NCBI GenBank assembly: GCA_022360095.1 | Contig: JAKSDK010000795.1 | Span: forward strand, 1 to 53,333 | DNA from: Phycisphaerales bacterium | Lineage (GTDB): Bacteria > Planctomycetota > Phycisphaerae > UBA1845 > UTPLA1 | Direction: 5' to 3' | Length of the DNA: 53,333 nucleotides | Shown: in pieces, positions 28,812 to 37,998 of the stretch | Layout of the letters: each line of letters starts with the position of its first letter | Numbering within the stretch: position 1 is the stretch's first letter | Notes under the pieces: generated by a model | Database searches by the model: none | What the model was told of the DNA's origin: nothing | What the model saw: the letters and a program-made list of their open reading frames with translations, nothing else | Translations under genes and position numbers: made by a program

Positions 28812-29759
28812 TTGGCAAAGAAAAAAACCAAAAGCAACAAGAACATCCAACAGGATGCCGATGAACGACGACGCTGGTGGTCTCCGATGTCATGGTCGGT
28901 GAGCCCACGGCTCAAACGCAACCTGATCATGACCGGACTCGTGGCGGCGCTGGTCTCGGGGCTCTGTATCGGCTTGACGTCCTTGGAAAGCCATGTTCAC
29001 ACGATGCCGCGATACGCCGAAGTGTTGGCCCTCGAGTGGGACAACCTCCCGGACTGGTTGCGCTTGAGAGAGAATCGGCATATTCTGAAAACGCTCACTC
29101 GCAGGGTGAATCTCAAACGCAGCGACCATCGGCTCGACCCCCAACTTGCCGAACGGTTGGGCACGACGCTGCTGGACCCCGGTCTCGGTTGGGTCAAGTC
29201 GGTGAACCGTGTGATGGTTCGCCCCGACGGGCGCGTGTCCATGCGTTGCCAGTTTCGCCGTCCCGCCGCCTGGATTCAGTACGATCGTTATTGCTATCTC
29301 GTCGATGCGGAAAGCGTTCGACTTCCGGGCCGTTACGATTTCAACGAGTGCATTAACAGCTCGCTTCTGATGATCTCGGGTGTTGACAGCAGACCACCTG
29401 CCGTCGGCCAGGTCTGGTCCGGAGCGGATCTGAACTCCGGTCTTAAATTGGCATCCCTAATCTCGGAACGGCCTTTTCGTAACCAGGTGGATCGAATCAT
29501 CGTCGCCAACCACGACGGCCGAAAAGAGCGGAATCGGCCTCACATTGAGTTGGCCACGGATCGTCGCGGGTCGCGTATCTGGTGGGGTCGTCCGCCGGAG
29601 GAGGAATACGGCATCGAAATCACGGCCAATCAGAAGCTCACGCTGATGGAGACGCTGTTTCGCCAATGGGGGCGGATCGATCTGAATCGAGCCTACGTCG
29701 ATGTTCGTACACACCCCGATTCCGTGGTTCTTCCCGCACAGATGAGTTCCGGAACATAA
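28812..29759 (+). CDS. ftsQ: FtsQ/DivIB-like cell-division protein: bitopic, with a periplasmic POTRA-like region.
   Basis: Basic N-terminus, single TM (LIMTGLVAALVSGLCIGL), ~250-aa periplasmic part. It is the last gene of the dcw cluster, immediately after ddl. Confidence 0.5.
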   Translation: MAKKKTKSNKNIQQDADERRRWWSPMSWSVSPRLKRNLIMTGLVAALVSGLCIGLTSLESHVHTMPRYAEVLALEWDNLPDWLRLRENRHILKTLTRRVNLKRSDHRLDPQLAERLGTTLLDPGLGWVKSVNRVMVRPDGRVSMRCQFRRPAAWIQYDRYCYLVDAESVRLPGRYDFNECINSSLLMISGVDSRPPAVGQVWSGADLNSGLKLASLISERPFRNQVDRIIVANHDGRKERNRPHIELATDRRGSRIWWGRPPEEEYGIEITANQKLTLMETLFRQWGRIDLNRAYVDVRTHPDSVVLPAQMSSGT

Positions 29760-29829
29760 TTGGGACTGGTCCAGGCGTTACAATGAGGCTATGCTTACGT
29801 TGTAGTGGCCTAGGGTACATCGTTCGATT

Positions 29830-30687
29830 TTGGTTGACCGGGATAACTGGATGTTGGCCGCCAATACAAGTCAAGAGGCCTGGCTCGAGACCTTCCGGCA
29901 ACTCTTGCATCATCATCTTGAGCCGCTTCAGAGCACGCCTGCGGTAAATGTCGGGAGCCTTGTGGCCGTTGCGGTCGGATTGTTTCTGGTTTTTCGAGGC
30001 GGTAAGTTCGAGCGATTTCTGGTTTGTGCATTTGCGCTCGTGCTCGGCGGTTGGCTGGGGCATTACCTCTCCGTTTTGATTGACGTGCCTGGACCCATTA
30101 CGATCGCGATTTCAGGCATTGTCTTTTCGGTCGTCGCGTACAAGAGCTACCGCGCCTGGCTCGCGGCCGGTTCCGTCATCGTGCTGTTCGGGCTCGCGGT
30201 GATCTTCCAGCTCGGTCGTGGAGACCTTGAACGGTATCTGCCGACCGCGTCGAACCAGAAAGTCGTCGACGACAAGGTGACGTTGCCCAGCAAAGAGGTT
30301 CAATTGAAGAACCTGTATCCCGAATGGAAAGAGCAGATGAGCAACGTCGGTGAAAAGGCCATGGCCCAGCTGAGGGAATTCAAGATCTCAGGGTGGTTGA
30401 TTCCCGTGGCCGCCGCCATCGTCGGCGGGTTATTGGCCTATTGGGCGCTTCGTGCCTTTGCCATTGTCTGGATCGGTTTTCTCGGTTCCGGTATGGCGGT
30501 GCTGGGCGGTTCCACCGTGCTTTGCGCAAATTGGCCTGATTTTCGGGATTCGCTGTTCACCAATCCGCAGTATCCGGCGGCGATCATCGTCGGACTCTGG
30601 CTCCTTGGTCTTATATGGCAGGCTAAAGAAGCCCGTTTCCCCAAAAAAACCGCGCGTGAATCTGACGGCGACGCCTCCAAATCGTAG
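29830..30687 (+). CDS. Polytopic membrane protein of unknown function, in the position where ftsA/ftsZ normally sit.
   Basis: 285 aa, at least 6 hydrophobic segments, central soluble loop. Confidence 0.5.
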   Translation: MVDRDNWMLAANTSQEAWLETFRQLLHHHLEPLQSTPAVNVGSLVAVAVGLFLVFRGGKFERFLVCAFALVLGGWLGHYLSVLIDVPGPITIAISGIVFSVVAYKSYRAWLAAGSVIVLFGLAVIFQLGRGDLERYLPTASNQKVVDDKVTLPSKEVQLKNLYPEWKEQMSNVGEKAMAQLREFKISGWLIPVAAAIVGGLLAYWALRAFAIVWIGFLGSGMAVLGGSTVLCANWPDFRDSLFTNPQYPAAIIVGLWLLGLIWQAKEARFPKKTARESDGDASKS

Positions 30688-30756
30688 ATTCATCAAAACG
30701 AGTCTGAATGTTGTTTATCCACCCTGTACGGATGGCGGCCGTCGGAGTGGAACAAA

Positions 30757-31386
30757 ATGCAGGCTGTTTTTGCGAGACTTGGACAGCTGGACCCGGACAT
30801 CGCGGTCCTTCTGGTCATTGCAGGTTTGATCTACGGTCTTTTCGGCTGGCGCATCGTACGCTACTTGGCCTTCACGGACGCGCTTGTGATGGGCATCATC
30901 CTGGCGCTTGGTGTCTTTGAGTACGACAAGCGGGCCGCTTATCTCCTGCCCGCGTTTCCGGTCGCGACGGTGTTGGTCATTGGTCTGCCCTGGCTGGCCT
31001 GGCGATTTGCCAGATGGTCGGTGGCCATCATGTGCGGCGTGGCGGGATTTCTGGTCGTCCAGATTGTGCTGATGCAATATGAAACGCCGCTGGCGGTTCG
31101 ACTTTCGCTGGGCTTTCTCGGTGCCGGCGCGGCCATGGCCTTGAAAATGACGTTGACCCGTGAAACAGCAATCGTGGTGACCGCTTTGCACGGGGGATGG
31201 CTGTTCATGGGCGCTTTGGCGATCATGGCCGTTCATCCCGATAGCTTCGCGGGTCGCTTGTTCAACTCGCTCTATGAAACTCACGCGCTGCTTATTCCGA
31301 TTGTTGCGACGGGTCTATCGGCCATCCTGATTGCCGTCCAATGGGCGGATATGGAACGCGACATGAACCCGATCTATAACGGCTGA
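30757..31386 (+). CDS. Polytopic membrane protein of unknown function.
   Basis: 209 aa, 6 hydrophobic segments. Confidence 0.5.
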   Translation: MQAVFARLGQLDPDIAVLLVIAGLIYGLFGWRIVRYLAFTDALVMGIILALGVFEYDKRAAYLLPAFPVATVLVIGLPWLAWRFARWSVAIMCGVAGFLVVQIVLMQYETPLAVRLSLGFLGAGAAMALKMTLTRETAIVVTALHGGWLFMGALAIMAVHPDSFAGRLFNSLYETHALLIPIVATGLSAILIAVQWADMERDMNPIYNG

Positions 31387-31403
31387 CGGCGATGGATACG
31401 GGC

Positions 31404-34400
31404 TCAAACACCGACGAGTTTCCCGGATTTCGACGCTTCGCCGGGCGGAGGCGTTCGAGTCGGCACAGAAGGCTTTATCCTGCGGCGGCCCACCCGGTCG
31501 ACGGCATGTTTGCCGAGAAGCGTTTCGACCTCGCTTACGAACTTTTCATCGGGTCGAACCGAAAGCGCGGCCCCGCAGCGAATGAGCGTGGTCGCCGCAT
31601 CGGACGTTTGAATCTGAATGAAGAAAGTACGGTCGCCGGGGTGGGCCCTGCAAATCTCATGGAGTCGTTCCAGCGAGGACGATTCCTGACCGGCCGAGAC
31701 TCTAATAATGATCGCTTCGGACAACTCGATGGGACCGTCTTCGAGACTGATCACCTCAGAGACCCTCAACGAGGGCTCTTCACGTTTTCGATCGACCTGA
31801 CCTTTCAGAAACAAAATGTTGTCGGGGGCAATCAGGTCACGGTGTTTTTCCAGCTCTTCGCTGAAGACGACCGCCTCGATCGAACCGGTGAGGTCCTCAA
31901 ACGTGAGTACGGCCAGTTTGGAACCGGCGTTACGACCGTTTTTCGTCGTAACCATGCGCACGCGGCTGATCATCCCCCCGATGACGGCCTCGCCCGGATC
32001 AATTTCACTCCGTACCAGGTCTCGGCAGTTCGCGGTTGCGTATTTTTCCAAGACCTCCACCTGGGCGGTTAGCGGATGGCTGGTCACGTAAAAACCGAGC
32101 ACGGATTTCTCATGGGCCAGCATTTCGGCTTCGGTCCATTCCTCATTGGAAATTGCCGGATGGTCCTCGGACGAATCGTTCGTACCGAACGCGTCAAACA
32201 TACTCATCTGCCCCGACTCGCGATCTCGCTGAGTTTCGCTACCCACCTGAAGGGCCTTCTCCAGCACGTTGGTCAGGGCCTTGCGCATGGCCCCGGTGGA
32301 ATCGAACGAGCCGGCTTTGATCAATGCTTCAGACACGCCTCGGTTCACGACCGTTAGATCGATCCGCTCGCAAAAATCATACAGGTCTTTGAAGGGACCT
32401 TCTTTCTCCCTCGCATCGACGACGCACTGGACCGCTTTTTCGCCGACGCCCTTGATTGCCGCGAGGCCGAAACGCAAATAGTTCTTTCCGTTTTCCGGAT
32501 AGACTGTGGTAAAGCTCACATTGCTGGTATTGATATCCGGGGGTTTGACGTCGATCCCGAGACGGGCGCACTCTTCGCGATATTCCACGATTTTGTCAGT
32601 GTCGCCCATGTCGTAGGTCATCAGGGCGGCCATGAACTCCAATGGATAATATGTTTTTAGATAGGCGGTTTGGAAAGCCACGAGGGCGTAACCCGTCGAG
32701 TGCGCTTTGTTAAAAGCGTATTCACCGAAGGGCAAAATCTGATTGAAGATGTCTTCCGTCACCTTCTTGCGGACGCCTTGCTTGACCGCGCCTTCAATGA
32801 ACGGTTCGCGTTCCGCTTCAATGGCGGCGGTCTTCTTCTTGCTGATGGCCTTGGCGAGTCGGAAAGCCCGTTTCCGTTCGATCCCACCAAGCTGGATGGC
32901 CAGTCGGGCGACCTGTTCCTGATAGACAATGATGCCGTAGGTTTCGGCCAGCACGTCGTCCATGATCGGATGCGGGGTGGACCACTTTTCGCCGTGCTTG
33001 CGTGCGACGTAGGCATCGATGTTGACCATGGGGCCGGGTCGATATAGAGCGTTGGCTGCAATCAGATCTTCGATCCGGTTCGGCCGCATTTTCATCAGCA
33101 CGTTTCGCATGCCGCCTGACTCAAACTGGAAGATGCCCTTTGTTTCGCCGGCGGCGAATAACTTGTAGGCCTTCAGGTCGGAGAGATCGAGTCTTTCGAG
33201 GTCGAGTTTGATGCCGTGGTTCCTCTCAACCAACTTGCAGGCCAACGCCAGCACGCTCAACGTCCGCAAGCCTAAGAAGTCCATTTTCAGCAGACCGACC
33301 TTCTCAACCGTCGGTCCTTCGTATTGTGTGATCACGGCCTCGGAATTCGGCGCCTGATATAGGGGAAGGAGTTCGTCAAGCGGCTGCTCGGCAATCACGA
33401 CGCCCGCGGCATGGACGCTGGCGTTTCGTGCCATGCCTTCCAGGCGCTTGCCAATGTCGATGACCTTGCGAACGCGCTCATCTGTCTGGTAAAGCGTCTT
33501 AAGCTCAGGTTCCCGGGCCAGTGCTTTGTCCAGAGTCATTTTCAATTCTTCCGGCACCAGCTTGGCCAGCCGATCCGCCTCCGCCAGACTGACGCCGGTC
33601 ACACGGCAGACGTCTCGAATCGCCGCCCTTGCCTTCAGCGTGCCGAACGTGATGATCTGTGCCACGTGACCATATTTTTCACGGACGTATCGAATAATCT
33701 CCTCTCGTCCGTCCTGACAGATATCAATATCAATGTCGGGCATTTCGTCACGGTCAGGGTCCATGAACCGTTCGAAGTACAATCCGTAGTGGAGGGGGTC
33801 GGGCTGGGAAAGGAACAAGCAGAACGCCACGATCGAGGAGCATCCGCTGCCGCGCGCGCCGCACGGGATTTCCTTCGATCGCGCATAGTGCACGAAATCC
33901 CAGCAGATCAGAAAGTAACTCGAAAAGCCTTTGCTCTGAATCACCTCCAGCTCATAATCGATACGATCTCGGATATCGGTCGTGATTTCGCCGTAGCGTT
34001 CCTCGGCGCCCTGATAGACCAATTCGCGCAGATAATCTTCCGCTGTCTTCTCTTCGGGCGGGTGGTAGACCGGCGTGTAACGCTTGTTGAAATCGAACTC
34101 CACGTTGCAACGCTCGGAAATGGCGATCGTGTTCGAGACCGCCTCGGGCAGCTTTGGAAACAACGAAGCCATTTCTTCGGACGACTTGAGATAGAACTGG
34201 TCAGTCGGAAATTTGAACCGATTCTCCTCGTCTTGTAGGGCCCGCGTTGAAATGCAGCACAAAACGTCATGCGCCTCGACGTCTTCATGAGTCAGATAGT
34301 GAGCATCATTGGTGACCACCATTCCGATGCCTCTTCGATTTGCGATTTCGATCAGCTCGGGATTGATCATGCGTTGCTCGTCGATCCCGTGATCCTGCAA

Positions 34401-34940
34401 TTCGATGAAGAAACGGTCGACGCCGAAGACTTTTAGGTACCAATCCGCGATGTCCTCGGCCGTAGCGCGATCGTGCTTAATGAGCGCCTGTGGGATTTCC
34501 GCGCCGAGACAGGTGCTCGTACAAATCAATCCCTGGCTGAACTGCTCCAGGACTTCTCGATCGATTCGCGGCTTATAGTAAAAGCCCTCTCGGTAGCCGA
34601 TGGACGTCAATTTCAGAAGATTTCGATATCCGACCTGATCCATCGCCAGCAGAAGCAAGTGATAGCTGGCGTCCTTCACGCTCGTCGCGTCCTTGTTCCG
34701 ACGGTCGCCAGGCGCAATGTAGGCCTCCATTCCAATGATCGGCTTGACCCCGGCGTCGACCGCGGCCTGATAGAATTCGATCGCGCCGAACATGTTGCCG
34801 TGGTCGGTAATCGCCACTGCCGGCTGGTCCAATGCCTTGGCCCGTGCGACGAGTTCATCAATGCGATTTGCTCCGTCGAGCAGGCTGTAGTGGGTGTGGA
34901 CGTGGAGATGAGCGAAAGGAACCGTACGATCTTCCGGCAT
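31404..34940 (-). CDS. dnaE: DNA polymerase III alpha subunit DnaE.
   Basis: 1178 aa. N-terminal PHP domain FAHLHVHTHYSLLDG. Polymerase core and OB-fold regions. Confidence 0.95.
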   Translation of the reverse strand: MPEDRTVPFAHLHVHTHYSLLDGANRIDELVARAKALDQPAVAITDHGNMFGAIEFYQAAVDAGVKPIIGMEAYIAPGDRRNKDATSVKDASYHLLLLAMDQVGYRNLLKLTSIGYREGFYYKPRIDREVLEQFSQGLICTSTCLGAEIPQALIKHDRATAEDIADWYLKVFGVDRFFIELQDHGIDEQRMINPELIEIANRRGIGMVVTNDAHYLTHEDVEAHDVLCCISTRALQDEENRFKFPTDQFYLKSSEEMASLFPKLPEAVSNTIAISERCNVEFDFNKRYTPVYHPPEEKTAEDYLRELVYQGAEERYGEITTDIRDRIDYELEVIQSKGFSSYFLICWDFVHYARSKEIPCGARGSGCSSIVAFCLFLSQPDPLHYGLYFERFMDPDRDEMPDIDIDICQDGREEIIRYVREKYGHVAQIITFGTLKARAAIRDVCRVTGVSLAEADRLAKLVPEELKMTLDKALAREPELKTLYQTDERVRKVIDIGKRLEGMARNASVHAAGVVIAEQPLDELLPLYQAPNSEAVITQYEGPTVEKVGLLKMDFLGLRTLSVLALACKLVERNHGIKLDLERLDLSDLKAYKLFAAGETKGIFQFESGGMRNVLMKMRPNRIEDLIAANALYRPGPMVNIDAYVARKHGEKWSTPHPIMDDVLAETYGIIVYQEQVARLAIQLGGIERKRAFRLAKAISKKKTAAIEAEREPFIEGAVKQGVRKKVTEDIFNQILPFGEYAFNKAHSTGYALVAFQTAYLKTYYPLEFMAALMTYDMGDTDKIVEYREECARLGIDVKPPDINTSNVSFTTVYPENGKNYLRFGLAAIKGVGEKAVQCVVDAREKEGPFKDLYDFCERIDLTVVNRGVSEALIKAGSFDSTGAMRKALTNVLEKALQVGSETQRDRESGQMSMFDAFGTNDSSEDHPAISNEEWTEAEMLAHEKSVLGFYVTSHPLTAQVEVLEKYATANCRDLVRSEIDPGEAVIGGMISRVRMVTTKNGRNAGSKLAVLTFEDLTGSIEAVVFSEELEKHRDLIAPDNILFLKGQVDRKREEPSLRVSEVISLEDGPIELSEAIIIRVSAGQESSSLERLHEICRAHPGDRTFFIQIQTSDAATTLIRCGAALSVRPDEKFVSEVETLLGKHAVDRVGRRRIKPSVPTRTPPPGEASKSGKLVGV

Positions 34941-35010
34941 GCGATTGAAGCCTCCTTGCGACGATGAGAGAACTGGATGATACCAAACTCGTTACGGATT
35001 GGGTAGGCGG

Positions 35011-36135
35011 CTACAGATCGATTCTTGTTGGAGAATTCACAGGGGACGTGGTCGTCACCATCCTGCGTTTCGGGCGAGCCCAACACTTGATCGATCTGCG
35101 AACAAGCGAAGGACCCACGGCAATCAGCGAGGCCAGTGAAATGCCGATCGTAAGAACAAATTTGGGAGAAATCGGTTTTGGCTTCGACAGATGCGCGTGG
35201 TCGGGCGATCGTGATTCATGAGTTGCATAGACCAGGCCCGTCGGAAGTTTGGCGAGAACGAACGCGCCCGGTCTTGCGCCAGGCTTCCAGCAGCGAGGAC
35301 AGCGGCCCGTGACGCACAGGTATTTGCCGTCCCAGTTATAGCGACGACCTCTGGACAATCTTGTCCAAAGGACACCCTTATGTTGGTTGAGCGGCTTGAG
35401 GACTTGGACGCCTTCCTGTGATCTCACGGCGGCGATGATTTGAGTCGGTGCGGAAGAACGAGCGTAATAACACACGAGGAGCGTCACGGCGAGGATCAAG
35501 ACTGCCAGGGTCAATCTGCCGTAACGTAAGGCACGGCGTATGTAGGCCGACAATGGGACTCGATAATTCGTTTGCACACCGCATTCCGGACAAGTGCCGC
35601 TCACGTTGCCGGCCAGGTCGTAACCACAACGCTGGCAGTGGCCTTTGGGAATCCGTCGGCCCATGAAGAATAGGATGACGGTTGGACAAAACGCGGCCGG
35701 CCAAAGCAGCCACATCGGAAAGGCCGTATGTCGCAAGAAAGGGAAATCATCGAACTCGCTGTAGAAGGCGAGCGTGGTGAGGGTGCCTGGAGGACCACCG
35801 ACTCGTTGCTGAATTTTCCAGTTCGTCGATGGATTGGGAGGTCGAAACCAACCCTCTGACTCCATTGCTTGCCGGGCATTGACGCCGGATTCCAGCTCGA
35901 TGTCGGCCGTCCACATGCAATAGAAAGTTGCCCCTTCGGCACCGCAAGCACCCCATCTCCAGTAATATACGATGTCGTAGTTCCAAATGAATGCCCAAAG
36001 ACCGGTTAATAGAAAGACGCTACTGAAACCGATCCATTTGAGCGTTTGAAGCCGAGGAAATCGGAGGCGCATCTGAACAGAATAACGAGTTCTATGCTCG
36101 GTGTTTTCACCAGGGTTTGAACGTCTCCCGCACAC
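35011..36135 (-). CDS. Membrane protein with an internal zinc-ribbon of the same CxxCGYDLxG-x5-CPECG type as the two small proteins at 2.5-3.5 kb. The start is uncertain (possibly Met at 36072).
   Basis: TM segments flank GHCQRCGYDLAGNVSGTCPECG. Its 5' end overlaps a Uma2 remnant. Confidence 0.45.
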   Translation of the reverse strand: MCGRRSNPGENTEHRTRYSVQMRLRFPRLQTLKWIGFSSVFLLTGLWAFIWNYDIVYYWRWGACGAEGATFYCMWTADIELESGVNARQAMESEGWFRPPNPSTNWKIQQRVGGPPGTLTTLAFYSEFDDFPFLRHTAFPMWLLWPAAFCPTVILFFMGRRIPKGHCQRCGYDLAGNVSGTCPECGVQTNYRVPLSAYIRRALRYGRLTLAVLILAVTLLVCYYARSSAPTQIIAAVRSQEGVQVLKPLNQHKGVLWTRLSRGRRYNWDGKYLCVTGRCPRCWKPGARPGAFVLAKLPTGLVYATHESRSPDHAHLSKPKPISPKFVLTIGISLASLIAVGPSLVRRSIKCWARPKRRMVTTTSPVNSPTRIDL

Positions 36136-36173
36136 GGACGAGATCGAGAACGAAGCCGGGTCTGGTGTTGCGG

Positions 36174-36263
36174 TTTTTGACTCGGTGACATATGGACCAC
36201 TCCGTCGACGAGTTCGTAGTTGTAGCCGTCGTCGGGGAGTTGCATAAATTCGTCTGCCGACAT
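36174..36263 (-). pseudogene. Remnant of a Uma2-family (DUF820) endonuclease gene; only the N-terminal ~30 codons are recognisable.
   Basis: MSADEFMQLPDDGYNYELVDGVVHMSP matches the characteristic Uma2 N-terminus (M..EEY..LP.DG..YELIDG.L..MSP). The rest of ORF 36006..36365 is unrelated. Confidence 0.35.
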
Positions 36264-36404
36264 GCGCAGACCGCGGAAGGGGGCTTCGCCCGATTCATTG
36301 CCAAGCCAATCCGAGTGGTAACAGAAGCTTTCATGGCAAGCAGCTCCAATCTGACCTCGTATCATTATTACAAGCTGGAGTCTGTTTGTCTGAATGCTTC
36401 GGCT

Positions 36405-36614
36405 CTATTCTGTCGTCAGCAGCACGTTGACGGCCTTGACGATCGCCTGCGTCTGATCGCCTTCTTTCAGACCGAGTTCATTCAAAGAATCCAGGGTCAT
36501 CACGGATGATATGGTCACGCCATCGGCGATCTTCACTTTCACCTGGCACATTAGTGTGCCTTTCTTGATCTCGACGACCTCGCCTTTCAATTGGTTTCTT
36601 GCACCGTATTTCAT
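36405..36614 (-). CDS. Molybdate-binding TOBE/Mop-domain protein.
   Basis: MKYGARNQLKGEVVEIKKGTLMCQVKV...LKEGDQTQAIVKAVNVLL is a single TOBE domain of ~69 aa. The ORF track lists 36405..36632. Confidence 0.7.
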   Translation of the reverse strand: MKYGARNQLKGEVVEIKKGTLMCQVKVKIADGVTISSVMTLDSLNELGLKEGDQTQAIVKAVNVLLTTE

Positions 36615-36628
36615 GGTTGCTTCTCCGG

Positions 36629-37804
36629 TCAAACTGCAGCGCAGACTTTCTTCGCTGCGTCGGTGAGATCTGTTGCCGTGATGAGTTGTTCAATCGCCGC
36701 CTCTTTCAACATCTCGCGGGCACGTTCGACGTTGGTGCCTTCCAACCTGACGACGACAGGCACTTTGAACCCGACTTCCTTTGCCGCATGGATCAAGGCA
36801 TCGGCGATGACGTCGCATTTGGCGATTCCGCCGAAGATGTTGACCAGGATGCCTTTGACGTTCTGATCTGACAGGATTATTCGAAATGCCTCGACGGCCC
36901 CTTCTTTCGTGACGCTGCCGCCGACATCGAGAAAGTTTGCCGGCGAGCCGCCGTGAAGTTTGATGATGTCCATCGTGCTCATGGCCAGGCCGGCGCCGTT
37001 GACCAGACAGCCGATGTTGCCGTCCAGGGCGATGTAGCTGAGGTTATGCTCGGCCGCGCGAAGCTCGTTCGGGTTTTCTTCAGTTGCGTCGAACAATTCC
37101 TTGATGCTCGGATGCCTGAACAAGGCGTTGTCATCGAAATTGAACTTTGCATCGATGGCCAGGATTTCACCCGAGCCCGAGCCGTTGCCTTTGGTCAGGA
37201 CCATCGGGTTGATCTCAGCCAGGCTGCAATCCTTTTCCGCGAAGAGTTTCGCCACGGCCGCCATGACCTTCGAAGTCGCTTTGGCATGGTCTCCGGACAG
37301 GCCGAGGGCATCGCACAAGCGCCTTAACTGGTAGGGCTGAATTCCGAGGTGAGGGTGAATCCACTCTTTCACGATCGCATCGGGGGTCTTCGCGGCGACT
37401 TCTTCGATCTCGACGCCGCCTTCTTTCGAGACCATCATCACTGGGCAGCCCCGGGCGCGATCCACAACCATGCCGACGTAGTATTCCTTCTCGATCTCCA
37501 CCGCCGGGGCCAGGAGAATCTTCTTGACCTTGACACCTTCCGGCCCCGTTTGCTTCGAGACCATCGGCTCGGCGAACATCCGTTGACAATTTTGCTCGAT
37601 CTCAGAAGGATTGTCCGAGAGAATGACATATCCGGCCTTGCCCCGCCCGCCGGCATGGACCTGCGCCTTGACGACGAGCCTGCCGCCGCCGAGCGCCTTG
37701 ATCGCGGCCGACGCCTGATCGACCGAATCGATGACCTCAAACTTCGGCACGGGCGCTCCGGCCTCTTGCAAGAGCTTTCTGGCTTGATATTCATGTACTT
37801 TCAT
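36629..37804 (-). CDS. sucC: Succinyl-CoA synthetase beta subunit SucC.
   Basis: MKVHEYQARKLLQEAGAPVP ATP-grasp start. Full length, 391 aa. Confidence 0.9.
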   Translation of the reverse strand: MKVHEYQARKLLQEAGAPVPKFEVIDSVDQASAAIKALGGGRLVVKAQVHAGGRGKAGYVILSDNPSEIEQNCQRMFAEPMVSKQTGPEGVKVKKILLAPAVEIEKEYYVGMVVDRARGCPVMMVSKEGGVEIEEVAAKTPDAIVKEWIHPHLGIQPYQLRRLCDALGLSGDHAKATSKVMAAVAKLFAEKDCSLAEINPMVLTKGNGSGSGEILAIDAKFNFDDNALFRHPSIKELFDATEENPNELRAAEHNLSYIALDGNIGCLVNGAGLAMSTMDIIKLHGGSPANFLDVGGSVTKEGAVEAFRIILSDQNVKGILVNIFGGIAKCDVIADALIHAAKEVGFKVPVVVRLEGTNVERAREMLKEAAIEQLITATDLTDAAKKVCAAV

Positions 37805-37998
37805 TGGATTGTCTCCCGGGTGTGAATTGAACTTTTTACACGCCCAGCATCTCGGCGTGGGAAATTATCCTAACATCGGACTGCGTGGAGTCCAACCCCG
37901 TAGTTCTCGTCAAAACAACCGTTTTCAGATGTTCAAATCTCCGGTATGCTGCCATATCAGAAGTCTGTGGCACTTAGACCGGTTATCTTCACGAGGCA

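Noticed and set aside
31392-34238. Plus-strand ORFs 31392..32072, 33411..34238 and 34473..34967
   Set aside because: All lie antisense inside dnaE, which is certain.
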